DNA of 64,000 nucleotides, taken from positions 1 to 64,000 of the IMG/VR virus record IMGVR_UViG_3300037851_000547; one strand, given 5' to 3'. The notes beneath the pieces are model-generated. The model was not told where the DNA came from, searched no databases, and was given only the letters and a program-made list of their open reading frames with translations. This document shows, piece after piece, positions 33,360-40,724 of the stretch; position 1 is the first letter of the stretch; each line of letters begins with the position of its first letter. The position numbers and the translations under genes were made by a program. The DNA is from a virus.

Positions 33360-33372
33360 ATATTCGACTACT

Positions 33373-33744
33373 TTACCATGTGTAGTGCGAACCGCCACAG
33401 TTACCGGAAACGAACTTCCGATAGGTGACCTTCACCAGCAGTCGTTCTCTGCCGTCTTCCCCCTGAATGGTAATGAATGGCTTTGCCGTCTTTCCGTTCC
33501 ACAGGACTTCGCCGACAGAGCTGACGAGCTGCATGAGCGAATCGTGAAGCTGCTTGCTCACCGGAACCGACTTCGGGAACAGCACCGTACAGCGGATTTT
33601 CTCCTGCGACGGCCAGTTCCTTCGTTCACGAATGGGAAGATCCCCTACCGCCTGCCAGGCGCGCTCCCGGCAAGAATCCAGGTAGAATTTCAGCCGCTCT
33701 GCATCGACCGGCGGCAGCGGTAGGGGAAACTCCAGATCTGCCAC
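33373..33744 (-). CDS. hypothetical protein (start uncertain)
   Basis: The C-terminal 123 aa of track ORF 33373..34143. The upstream part overlaps a better ORF in another frame. Candidate GTG at 33744. Confidence 0.4.
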   Translation of the reverse strand: MADLEFPLPLPPVDAERLKFYLDSCRERAWQAVGDLPIRERRNWPSQEKIRCTVLFPKSVPVSKQLHDSLMQLVSSVGEVLWNGKTAKPFITIQGEDGRERLLVKVTYRKFVSGNCGGSHYTW

Positions 33745-33764
33745 TACGAATCCGTCGCCGTCTT

Positions 33765-33962
33765 CTACTGAGGCGTCTCGGCTTCGATCTTCGCCATCGC
33801 CTGGTCTGCGACCAGACCGGCGGTGTCCCAGGCCTGCTGGATCTTGTCCTGCAGAACCGGAAGCAGCTTTCCGTTCCTCGTGCGGTACGAACGCTTCTTC
33901 AGCATCTCCAGGTAGACCTCGTCGCGGATCTTGTCTTTCGTCAGTTCCGTTGCCATGACCAT
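33765..33962 (-). CDS. hypothetical small protein
   Basis: 65-aa ORF following AAAGAAAGGAA. Confidence 0.45.
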   Translation of the reverse strand: MVMATELTKDKIRDEVYLEMLKKRSYRTRNGKLLPVLQDKIQQAWDTAGLVADQAMAKIEAETPQ

Positions 33963-34099
33963 TTCCTTTCTTTGCCGCCGAGCGTTGAGTGTTTAGAGCC
34001 GGCGTACTCGGCGCTATTTCCGGCTTGCGCGACAATCGCGTCTTGTTCGGCCTCGAAAGGTCCTTACCAGGCAACTGTACCTCCGTTCCGACTACTCGG

Positions 34100-34321
34100 T
34101 CAATGTTTGAGCAAATTCTGCTGATATTTCGGTCGCTTGACAACGATCCCTCCAGCGGTGGACTCGACGATCACCCCCATTTCCAGAAGCAACCTCTCCT
34201 GCAGCGCCACAAGCGTCATGGCCTCTTGCCAGGATTTTCGATACCAGTTCACGAGATGAAGCGTGAACAGGTTACACCCGAAAAGGAATAGGCCGATCAA
34301 CACGCAATACAACTCACTCAT
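34100..34321 (-). CDS. small membrane protein
   Basis: The internal ATG gives MSELYCVLIGLFLFGCNLFTLHLV (TM helix). Confidence 0.4.
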   Translation of the reverse strand: MSELYCVLIGLFLFGCNLFTLHLVNWYRKSWQEAMTLVALQERLLLEMGVIVESTAGGIVVKRPKYQQNLLKH

Positions 34322-34529
34322 CTGGAACCACCCGCCCCGTAGTTGTATCCGCATCCATCTTGTCGTCGAAGTGCCTGAGCGTGGCGTCCATCGCTTTCAC
34401 GCAGTCGCAGACCTCTTTCACAACGATGGTGAACAGCACTCCGTTTATCGAAACTGAGTGCTGCTTGGTAACCTTTCCAGACCCGCCGCACTCGCAGTTA
34501 TGATCGCCTGTTACGAATAATATCTTCAT
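34314..34529 (-). CDS. hypothetical small Cys-containing protein
   Basis: 71-aa ORF. Confidence 0.4.
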   Translation of the reverse strand: MKILFVTGDHNCECGGSGKVTKQHSVSINGVLFTIVVKEVCDCVKAMDATLRHFDDKMDADTTTGRVVPDE

Positions 34530-34584
34530 ATCTCGCCCTCAACTTCTTTTTCGTCCTTCGCTTTCACGAAGTCGCTCGATATAT

Positions 34585-35034
34585 CTATCGACTTCTTTCG
34601 TCTTCGTAGTCCTGAAGAATCTTCATGACCTCGTGAATCGACAGGCAGATATGGTCGGCGAGCTTGTACATCAACTCTGGCTCGTCAGGCTCTTTCGCCA
34701 GAAGAATAATAGATATTTTCTTCGCTCCAGCGCACCATCCAAGCTCCAGATGCGCCGAGCGCCCGCACGGCATCACCAGCACACAGGCATCCGACCACAT
34801 CATCGCGGAGAAGTCCCTCTCGAAACCTGCTTCTGCGATCGGATGGTCAAGGGCATCCTTGAACTGCTTCGATGTCCATGTCTTCCACTGCGGATCGATC
34901 TCGCTCCAGTGAAAACCATGATTCTCTGGTTCCGGGTTTCGGAAGTCGTATACCTCGTGACCGGCTTCTCGAATCCGCTTCACAACCTCTTGCTGGCGCT
35001 CATTGCGCCAGGAGGACGCAACGTAAACCCTCAT
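34585..35034 (-). CDS. nucleoside 2-deoxyribosyltransferase-like protein
   Basis: ATG at 35034 gives an ATGA overlap. MRVYVASSWRNERQ...GHEVYDFRNP...SAHLELGWCAGAGKK-type motifs of the Nuc_deoxyrib_tr-like families. Confidence 0.6.
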   Translation of the reverse strand: MRVYVASSWRNERQQEVVKRIREAGHEVYDFRNPEPENHGFHWSEIDPQWKTWTSKQFKDALDHPIAEAGFERDFSAMMWSDACVLVMPCGRSAHLELGWCAGAKKISIILLAKEPDEPELMYKLADHICLSIHEVMKILQDYEDERSR

Positions 35035-35462
35035 AGGTACCCCGGCCCAAGTATCGACTTGGCGAACTGGCGAATCTCGGCGAGCACGCTCACCACCGTT
35101 CCAGAGTACGAAGCCTCTCCGATGTCCAGGTAGACAGTCCACTTCCCGAGATTCGGATGGTTCGGACCGAGCCCTTCTTCGGTTCCGATTTGCAGGCGAA
35201 TCCTGACGCGGTTCTTGCCGGCGAGCCTGGCGTAGATCCACGCCACGCGCTGCAGCTCTGCAAGCTCCTTCAATTCCAATTCAGTCATTGCTTCCACGTT
35301 CGCTCTCCATTTTGCTGATACTTCTGAATAATCGAACAGCTCCTTGAGTTCCTTCTGAACGAATCCGCGGCACCCGCATCCGTGGGCGCTGCATCCTCCG
35401 ATGTTTGGATCTGGATCGTGAAAGTCATAAGGATGACCGCACTCGCAAAGATCGTCTTTCAC
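35031..35462 (-). CDS. hypothetical protein with N-terminal Cys/His cluster
   Basis: Candidate GTG at 35462 after AAGGGAGTGACT. Contains CECGHPYDFHD...CSAHGCGC. Confidence 0.4.
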   Translation of the reverse strand: MKDDLCECGHPYDFHDPDPNIGGCSAHGCGCRGFVQKELKELFDYSEVSAKWRANVEAMTELELKELAELQRVAWIYARLAGKNRVRIRLQIGTEEGLGPNHPNLGKWTVYLDIGEASYSGTVVSVLAEIRQFAKSILGPGYL

Positions 35463-35652
35463 AGTCACTCCCTTTCGAGTTGATTTTATACCTGATCCAG
35501 TTCGAGCATCCGTGCTCATGAGTCGCTATACCGTTGATGATTGCTGCCTCGCAACGAGAGCACCGGACGAGAACTGCTTCGGCGTCTTCGTCGATGGAGC
35601 TGTCATCGAAACCCTGCTCAATTATCTGAATGAGCTTCTCCTCGAGCGTCAT
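35425..35652 (-). CDS. hypothetical small protein
   Basis: 75-aa ORF. Confidence 0.35.
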   Translation of the reverse strand: MTLEEKLIQIIEQGFDDSSIDEDAEAVLVRCSRCEAAIINGIATHEHGCSNWIRYKINSKGSDCERRSLRVRSSL

Positions 35653-35957
35653 GGATTCTCCGTGTTTACTACTATAAGGATTTTCACCTCACGAACCCGA
35701 ACGAGCTTCGCGATCAGGTACTCCGTGTCGAGATCAGCTTCTGCCCTGTACGCCTCCACGATCGCGCCAGATAGGTACCACTCACCCTTCTTCGGCTTCC
35801 GGTAAGATCCAGCGTACACTGCCAGAATCCAGTCTCCTTTCCAGTCTCCGTCGTGCTTCAACCCTAAAGGTTCTAGCTCTGACCGGTTCGGGGTACTCCC
35901 AAGCGGAAAAAGCTGCTTATGCTCTCCATTCAGTTTTACTGCATGATGCTCAGTCAT
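35649..35957 (-). CDS. hypothetical protein
   Basis: The internal ATG at 35957 forms an ATGA overlap. Confidence 0.4.
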   Translation of the reverse strand: MTEHHAVKLNGEHKQLFPLGSTPNRSELEPLGLKHDGDWKGDWILAVYAGSYRKPKKGEWYLSGAIVEAYRAEADLDTEYLIAKLVRVREVKILIVVNTENP

Positions 35958-36205
35958 TGTCCGAACCACTTTCCCCTCGAATACTTTGGAATCTCGTCTG
36001 GATATACGAGCCACAAATGTCTCCAGTTCACTTCATTGACCAGATTCACGCGCGCCGGATAGACCTCGACCATCGTTGCGTCCGGTCCAGCGTACTCGTC
36101 CTTGATTCGCTGAAGAACGTCCCAGACCACGCGCATCGACTTCCCGTCTCGCCTGCGTGCAACAAGATGCTCTCCGTCAAATTGAACCGAGTAGATCGAT
36201 CGCAT
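35954..36205 (-). CDS. hypothetical protein
   Basis: ATG at 36205 overlaps the upstream TGA (TGATG). Confidence 0.4.
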   Translation of the reverse strand: MRSIYSVQFDGEHLVARRRDGKSMRVVWDVLQRIKDEYAGPDATMVEVYPARVNLVNEVNWRHLWLVYPDEIPKYSRGKWFGQ

Positions 36206-36801
36206 CAATCTTCTTCCTCCGGTTCGTAGTTCTCCCGCGTATCGTCCCACTCGTTGATAAGCGCCCTTTTCCGATCCGCTTCCTCCTCTTCCTCATCCTC
36301 TTCATCGCGTCTCAGGTCAGGCGGCGAGGTACCGCCAAGCACGCACCACCATCCAACCTCTTGAGTCAGCCGGTGCGGGAACACTCCTCCGTTAAGCCGC
36401 GACCTCGCCTCCATGTACCGCTTCGCCTCTTCCTCCGTGTCACATGACGCGAAGATAACCTGTGGAGAGCCCGACCCTGGCATCGGCATCAATCCGCACT
36501 TCCACGGGCGAAGCATGTTGGCTTCACACTTCCGCATCATCTCTCGGTCTGCCTCGCGCTGCCGTTTCGCTTCGACAAGGAACAAGCGTTGCTCCGACCG
36601 CACACAACTCTTGCACTTGTGCGGAGCATATTCTGGAGGAGCAGCGTGGACCTGCCCGAACACGCGCATCTTGGGGTTGCAGGCTGCTCCTGCCACTTCC
36701 TCACCGGGAAACCTGCTAGATGGTCGGGAGATAACAAGATGGCATACACCAGTTGAATCTCCCGCACTGTTCATCCCCGCTGCCCATCCGAGAATAGTCA
36801 T
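36205..36801 (-). CDS. hypothetical protein with poly-Glu C-terminus
   Basis: 198-aa ORF. Confidence 0.45.
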   Translation of the reverse strand: MTILGWAAGMNSAGDSTGVCHLVISRPSSRFPGEEVAGAACNPKMRVFGQVHAAPPEYAPHKCKSCVRSEQRLFLVEAKRQREADREMMRKCEANMLRPWKCGLMPMPGSGSPQVIFASCDTEEEAKRYMEARSRLNGGVFPHRLTQEVGWWCVLGGTSPPDLRRDEEDEEEEEADRKRALINEWDDTRENYEPEEED

Positions 36802-37052
36802 TGTACCTCCATGGACTGCTTGCGTTCCGCCTTGTAAACCAACTCAGCAACCCGGAAGCCGAGCAACACTGCCGCGAGAATCTGCTTCGCCCCGGCGGGT
36901 TTGGCTATCACGCCTTCCAAGAACCTTTTGATCTTTGCATCGTCTTCCTCGGCTAATCTGCGGAGCACGTCTCCTGCGGCGCGCACATTGTCCACACCGC
37001 CGGACATCTCGACAAATCCGCACACCAGTTCAACCAGCACTCTCGTTGACAT
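36798..37052 (-). CDS. hypothetical protein
   Basis: 84-aa ORF, ATGA overlap. Confidence 0.4.
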   Translation of the reverse strand: MSTRVLVELVCGFVEMSGGVDNVRAAGDVLRRLAEEDDAKIKRFLEGVIAKPAGAKQILAAVLLGFRVAELVYKAERKQSMEVQ

Positions 37053-37055
37053 GGC

Positions 37056-37265
37056 CTACCTCCTCAACCGTTTCCTGGCCTCGTTCACCGCCGCCGCGAG
37101 CGACGGGCACTCATAGTCGAGCAGGTGCTGGACGGCATCGTGCAACCTGCGGTCCAGCTCCTCGTCCGAGGCGCGGAATCGTGGAACAGATTCCCGATCT
37201 CGTATGTACCTTCTTTCTTGTGTCATCCTGTTCGACACCGCATCGTCAAGCTGTCGGCTGATCAT
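37056..37265 (-). CDS. hypothetical protein
   Basis: ATG at 37265 follows GGAGGAAAC. Confidence 0.4.
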   Translation of the reverse strand: MISRQLDDAVSNRMTQERRYIRDRESVPRFRASDEELDRRLHDAVQHLLDYECPSLAAAVNEARKRLRR

Positions 37266-37295
37266 GTTTCCTCCAACCAACGGTTCATCGGCCTA

Positions 37296-37445
37296 CTATC
37301 TTTGCGACTCCCAAAGCATCCTTAGCCGGTCCAGTTCGTTGATCGCGCCAGGCAGCCGCACGAGCTGGTCTCCCAGCTCGAATCGCTGTTCTGGAGAAAG
37401 CTCGTCCCAGATCCGCCGAGCCTGATCTATACCCAACCGAGTCAT
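37296..37445 (-). CDS. hypothetical small protein (below the ORF-track cutoff)
   Basis: My translation gives MTRLGIDQARRIWDELSPEQRFELGDQLVRLPGAINELDRLRMLWESQR. ATGA overlap with the upstream stop. Confidence 0.3.
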   Translation of the reverse strand: MTRLGIDQARRIWDELSPEQRFELGDQLVRLPGAINELDRLRMLWESQR

Positions 37446-37642
37446 AACTTGCTCCACCCTATGCACCAGCTACCAGGCGCGTCAGGGTTGTCGTTCACGT
37501 TCTCGGAGATCAAGGGATGGCTCGGCTGGAAATCAGTAGTGCAACCGCACTTGACGCACTTCAGCCGCACAAGCGCGAACACTTTGGCCACAGCGGCCCC
37601 ACACGCGCCACAGCGCACATCTTCCCAACTTGGGTCTGTCAT
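37442..37642 (-). CDS. small zinc-ribbon-like protein
   Basis: Contains CGACG...CVKCG. Confidence 0.4.
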   Translation of the reverse strand: MTDPSWEDVRCGACGAAVAKVFALVRLKCVKCGCTTDFQPSHPLISENVNDNPDAPGSWCIGWSKL

Positions 37643-37869
37643 GGCCCACCTCTACGATCATCCACGTCCACTGCCTCGCGCTTGAACCACTCCTCGTCTA
37701 CAGCTTTGTACTCGGCGATGATGGGGCGCAGCTCCTCCCGCTCTCCCGAACACATGACGACGTGCGGCTTGCCTGGCTCCCAGAGGACACCGAAGCCTTT
37801 CGCCGCGAGGTAGTGGGCGACGGCGCACGCTCGCGCCTCCTCGTTGAACCTGAGTGCGGTTCCCATCAA
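37639..37869 (-). CDS. hypothetical protein
   Basis: 76-aa ORF, ATGA overlap. Confidence 0.4.
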   Translation of the reverse strand: MMGTALRFNEEARACAVAHYLAAKGFGVLWEPGKPHVVMCSGEREELRPIIAEYKAVDEEWFKREAVDVDDRRGGP

Positions 37870-38213
37870 TCGGTCTCCTTCTGATCGAGCACGCAGACGT
37901 TAGGCGGCTGAGCTAGTGAAGGCGGAACCTGTGCTTCTACCCATCCATCCAGATAATCCGAGAAGTACTCGGCGACCCTCATAGCGCGCCGAAAGATCAA
38001 CGTGGACAGCTGCTCATTGCCAGCGATGAGCTGCTCGTCGAGCTTGTTCCAGCCGTCCGAGGTCTTCGGCAGCGCTGCCTGGAGGGCGAACGGAGCGATC
38101 CGTTCGATCCTCTCGATCCGCCTGGCGAAGGCTGGGTCAACCTTCTTGGCCAGGCAAATCCTGCATACCGCAATCCCTTTCTCGGTCGGTCGGCCGCAGT
38201 CTCGGCAGATCAT
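37866..38213 (-). CDS. zinc-ribbon protein, paralog of 38214..38549
   Basis: N-terminal CRDCG...CRIC. RIERIERI and FRRAMRVAEYFSDYLDGW align with SRIERLAGQI and FERATWLADRFVDWFDGL in the neighbour. Confidence 0.45.
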   Translation of the reverse strand: MICRDCGRPTEKGIAVCRICLAKKVDPAFARRIERIERIAPFALQAALPKTSDGWNKLDEQLIAGNEQLSTLIFRRAMRVAEYFSDYLDGWVEAQVPPSLAQPPNVCVLDQKETD

Positions 38214-38549
38214 TTACTCCTCCTTCTTGGCAGCCTCTCGGCTGTCCAAACCGTCAAACCAGTCCACGAACCGATCAGCCAGCCAGGTCGCACGCTCGAA
38301 AGCGTCTTCTTCCTGGTGGAACTCGAGCATGTGCTTCAGGTCGGACTGGGTTCCGATGGTGCCGGCGAGGATCTGCCCGGCCAGCCGCTCGATCCTGGAC
38401 TTGCGGGAGCCCATCACGACGCCCTTGAGTACCTTCTCGGCGAGCTGTTCGAGTCCTGTCGATTCACTCGTAGTGCCGCAGGAGTGGCACACGATCAGGT
38501 TTCCGCTCTTGATTGCGTACTTCGAACCGCAGCGTCCGCATATCGTCAT
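38214..38549 (-). CDS. zinc-ribbon protein, paralog of 37866..38213
   Basis: N-terminal CGRCG...CHSCG. See the paralog entry. Confidence 0.45.
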   Translation of the reverse strand: MTICGRCGSKYAIKSGNLIVCHSCGTTSESTGLEQLAEKVLKGVVMGSRKSRIERLAGQILAGTIGTQSDLKHMLEFHQEEDAFERATWLADRFVDWFDGLDSREAAKKEE

Positions 38550-38691
38550 CCTTCCATCCTCCTTGCAATTATGACGGTCTGTAATTTCGAATTACGACGG
38601 TGGCGTTGAACCACTACTGAAACTTTCCTTGAACTTGATTCTTTCCGCAAACCATGTGCAGCTTTTTGCACTCCAGAAAGGTCACGGTTGC

Positions 38692-39195
38692 TCACCGTAT
38701 TGGTTTCCGGAGTCCCCTTTCCATTTGGATCTTGTCCCAGGCCACGTTCAGCCGCCTGAGCATGTCCCCGTCGCCTCCCCGGTCTGGGTGGAAGTCGGCG
38801 GCCAGCGCCCAGTACACCCGTTTCAGCGCGTCCGTAGACGCCGATCTAAGCAACGAGGCGACCGTCTGATATGTCCCGTCGTCCCGAACGGCTGACGGCC
38901 GCTGACGGGCCTCCTGACGCGGTTCCCGGCCGGTTTCAGCCCGGTTTCTCGGGCCGGTCGCCGGTCCCGGCTGGTCACCGACCTGTACATTTGGGAAGTA
39001 CTTCCTGGTGACGGCCACCAGTTCGTCCAGGCACGAGGGGTCGATCAGCCAGAGCTTCTCCTGCCGATTCCATTGCCGCAGCTTCCAGTCGATCTCGGTC
39101 TTCAGGGCGTCGTTGAAGGCCTCCAGGTATGGAGTCTTGCACTTCAGCCACCCGGCATCGGCCCAGATCCTCGGCGTCACGCTCCTACTCGGCAT
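38692..39195 (-). CDS. J-domain (DnaJ-like) protein
   Basis: C-terminal LKRVYWALAADFHPDRGGDGDMLRRLNVAWDKI contains the HPD motif. Confidence 0.7.
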   Translation of the reverse strand: MPSRSVTPRIWADAGWLKCKTPYLEAFNDALKTEIDWKLRQWNRQEKLWLIDPSCLDELVAVTRKYFPNVQVGDQPGPATGPRNRAETGREPRQEARQRPSAVRDDGTYQTVASLLRSASTDALKRVYWALAADFHPDRGGDGDMLRRLNVAWDKIQMERGLRKPIR

Positions 39196-39739
39196 ACGGC
39201 TCCAGTTTCACATCAGAGTTACAGTCTGGACAGAAAAGTCTATGACCTCTTCGGATTCTACCGAGCATCTGTGGCGTGATGAAGTGCTTCCGGCACCGGC
39301 AATAGACGAGGTACTGCTTGCTGATGGTCGGAGCGGGCGTCTGCATCTGGGCTCTCGCGTCGGAGTAACCACATCGCCGCATAAGCTCCTTCCATTCCTC
39401 TCCGTGATCGTTGACCTTTTGTTTCCGTCGCCGGCAGAACCGCTCGAAAACGAACAGGTGGCAGGCCTCGTGAATGATGGCCTCTGTCTTCTCCTCGTCA
39501 TCGAGGTAGTTCCAGAGCTGCGCAGACAGCTCGATCGCGTCTGATGCGAAGGTCGCTCTCCCGACAATGGACGTGAAGCGGTAGTTCCAGGAGACATGGA
39601 TCTGCTTCGAGAACCTCTGCAAACCGCATTTGTCCCCAGCCCAAGTGAGCAACCCTCGCACCCGTTCGTCCGAAGATAGTTCCCACCCTCCCCTCCCATT
39701 CCGGGGATAGAGTGGGGGGGGGAAGGTACAGCGTTCCAT
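39185..39739 (-). CDS. SprT-like zinc metallopeptidase with C-terminal zinc ribbon
   Basis: IIHEACHLFVFE (HExxH), HGEEWKELM, and CRC...CPDC. The start is uncertain: 39793, 39739 or GTG 39661. The two upstream options place the palindrome left arm inside the ORF. Confidence 0.65.
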   Translation of the reverse strand: MERCTFPPPLYPRNGRGGWELSSDERVRGLLTWAGDKCGLQRFSKQIHVSWNYRFTSIVGRATFASDAIELSAQLWNYLDDEEKTEAIIHEACHLFVFERFCRRRKQKVNDHGEEWKELMRRCGYSDARAQMQTPAPTISKQYLVYCRCRKHFITPQMLGRIRRGHRLFCPDCNSDVKLEPYAE

Positions 39740-39858
39740 TCTTGCCAAAGCTGTCTCCTGAGTCCGTACATCGCAGTTCATGCCACTGTCCATTGTTCAT
39801 TCCGTAGTTGCCGATCCCCCCCCACTCTATCCCCGGAATGGGCTGGTGGGAGGGTGGG
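39682..39858. repeat. Interrupted palindrome copy 2: C-rich G4 complement, CCATTCCGGGGATAGAGT+G9, 93-nt spacer, C8+ACTCTATCCCCGGAATGG, then GGGCTGGTGGGAGGGTGGG
   Basis: Read directly. The arms at 39696-39722 and 39816-39842 are near-identical to copy 1. The outer flanks are CCCACCCTCCCCTCC and GGTGGGAGGGTGGG. It lies in the divergent gap between the SprT-like and SLT genes. Confidence 0.85.
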
Positions 39859-39897
39859 ATCGTTGTGGGTCGGGAGCACCGATGGTAGGGTTGAGGG

Positions 39898-40467
39898 ATG
39901 GGACCTTTGGTTGGGCTACTCGCAGCCGGAATCCTGCTTCCGCTCCTGTTTCGGAAGCGGAAAGTCATCACCCCTGTCGGCGAGGTGCAGGTCACCATCG
40001 CCGAAGAAGCCAAGCGTCAGGGTCTCGATCCCGCCGTCGCCCTGCTGTTCGCAGACCTCGAGACCGGCTTCAAAAACGTCACCGGAGATAAAAACTGGCC
40101 GGCGAAGATCAGATCGGATGGCCGAACGAACTGGGAAACCTTCGTTCGAGACAATCCGCGGTACGACGACAACCCCTTCAGGGGAGACGCGGCTCTCTGG
40201 CTGTCATACGGACCATTCCAGCTCCTGGCACCGCACCACCTCTACAAGGTGAACCCAGATGCAGACCCGAGAATCCTCACGCAGCTTCCAGTGAACACCA
40301 AGATCGGAGTACAGCTCGTCAAGAAGCTGTACGACCAGTACAACGGCGACCTGGCTAAAATGCGTATTGCTTTTGTTTGCGGGGGCCTTTCCTCTTGCCC
40401 CGAACGTGCTTCTTCGGTGGTTGCTCGCCTTCGCTCTCGGGCTGAGAAGTACGGTCTTGCTGCGTAG
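39898..40467 (+). CDS. lytic transglycosylase (SLT domain) with N-terminal membrane anchor
   Basis: TM helix LVGLLAAGILLPLLF. LLFADLETGF (catalytic Glu region) and SYGPFQLL (GLMQ-like) motifs. Confidence 0.75.
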   Translation: MGPLVGLLAAGILLPLLFRKRKVITPVGEVQVTIAEEAKRQGLDPAVALLFADLETGFKNVTGDKNWPAKIRSDGRTNWETFVRDNPRYDDNPFRGDAALWLSYGPFQLLAPHHLYKVNPDADPRILTQLPVNTKIGVQLVKKLYDQYNGDLAKMRIAFVCGGLSSCPERASSVVARLRSRAEKYGLAA

Positions 40468-40499
40468 GCTGTAGCTTCTCCCATTTCGCCCCGTCTAGC

Positions 40500-40724
40500 T
40501 TACCGGCTTGTGTAGTACTCTTCATCGCTGAATACCTCTCCCTTTCTGACTCTGTTCCAGTTCACTCCGTTGTACACGCTGGTTCCGAATCCAAAGACGA
40601 GTAGACCGATTCTCGCGATCGGATGCAAGCCCTCTCCCTTCCACCCGCCGTACATCATCATCGGGCCGATCACGAAGACATCTGCCAGCCGTACCCCCTG
40701 CGCTTTCGAACGACGCCGCTTCAT
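40500..40724 (-). CDS. small membrane protein
   Basis: 74 aa with two hydrophobic helices. Confidence 0.45.
   Translation of the reverse strand: MKRRRSKAQGVRLADVFVIGPMMMYGGWKGEGLHPIARIGLLVFGFGTSVYNGVNWNRVRKGEVFSDEEYYTSR

Noticed and set aside
53-39858. The two palindrome copies as attL/attR of an integrated element, or as hairpin-telomere (protelomerase) sites.
   Set aside because: I recognise no integrase or protelomerase. Gene orientation and operon style continue unchanged across both copies. The palindromes are interrupted by non-palindromic spacers of different length, unlike telomere-resolution sites. This is not excluded, but it is unsupported.
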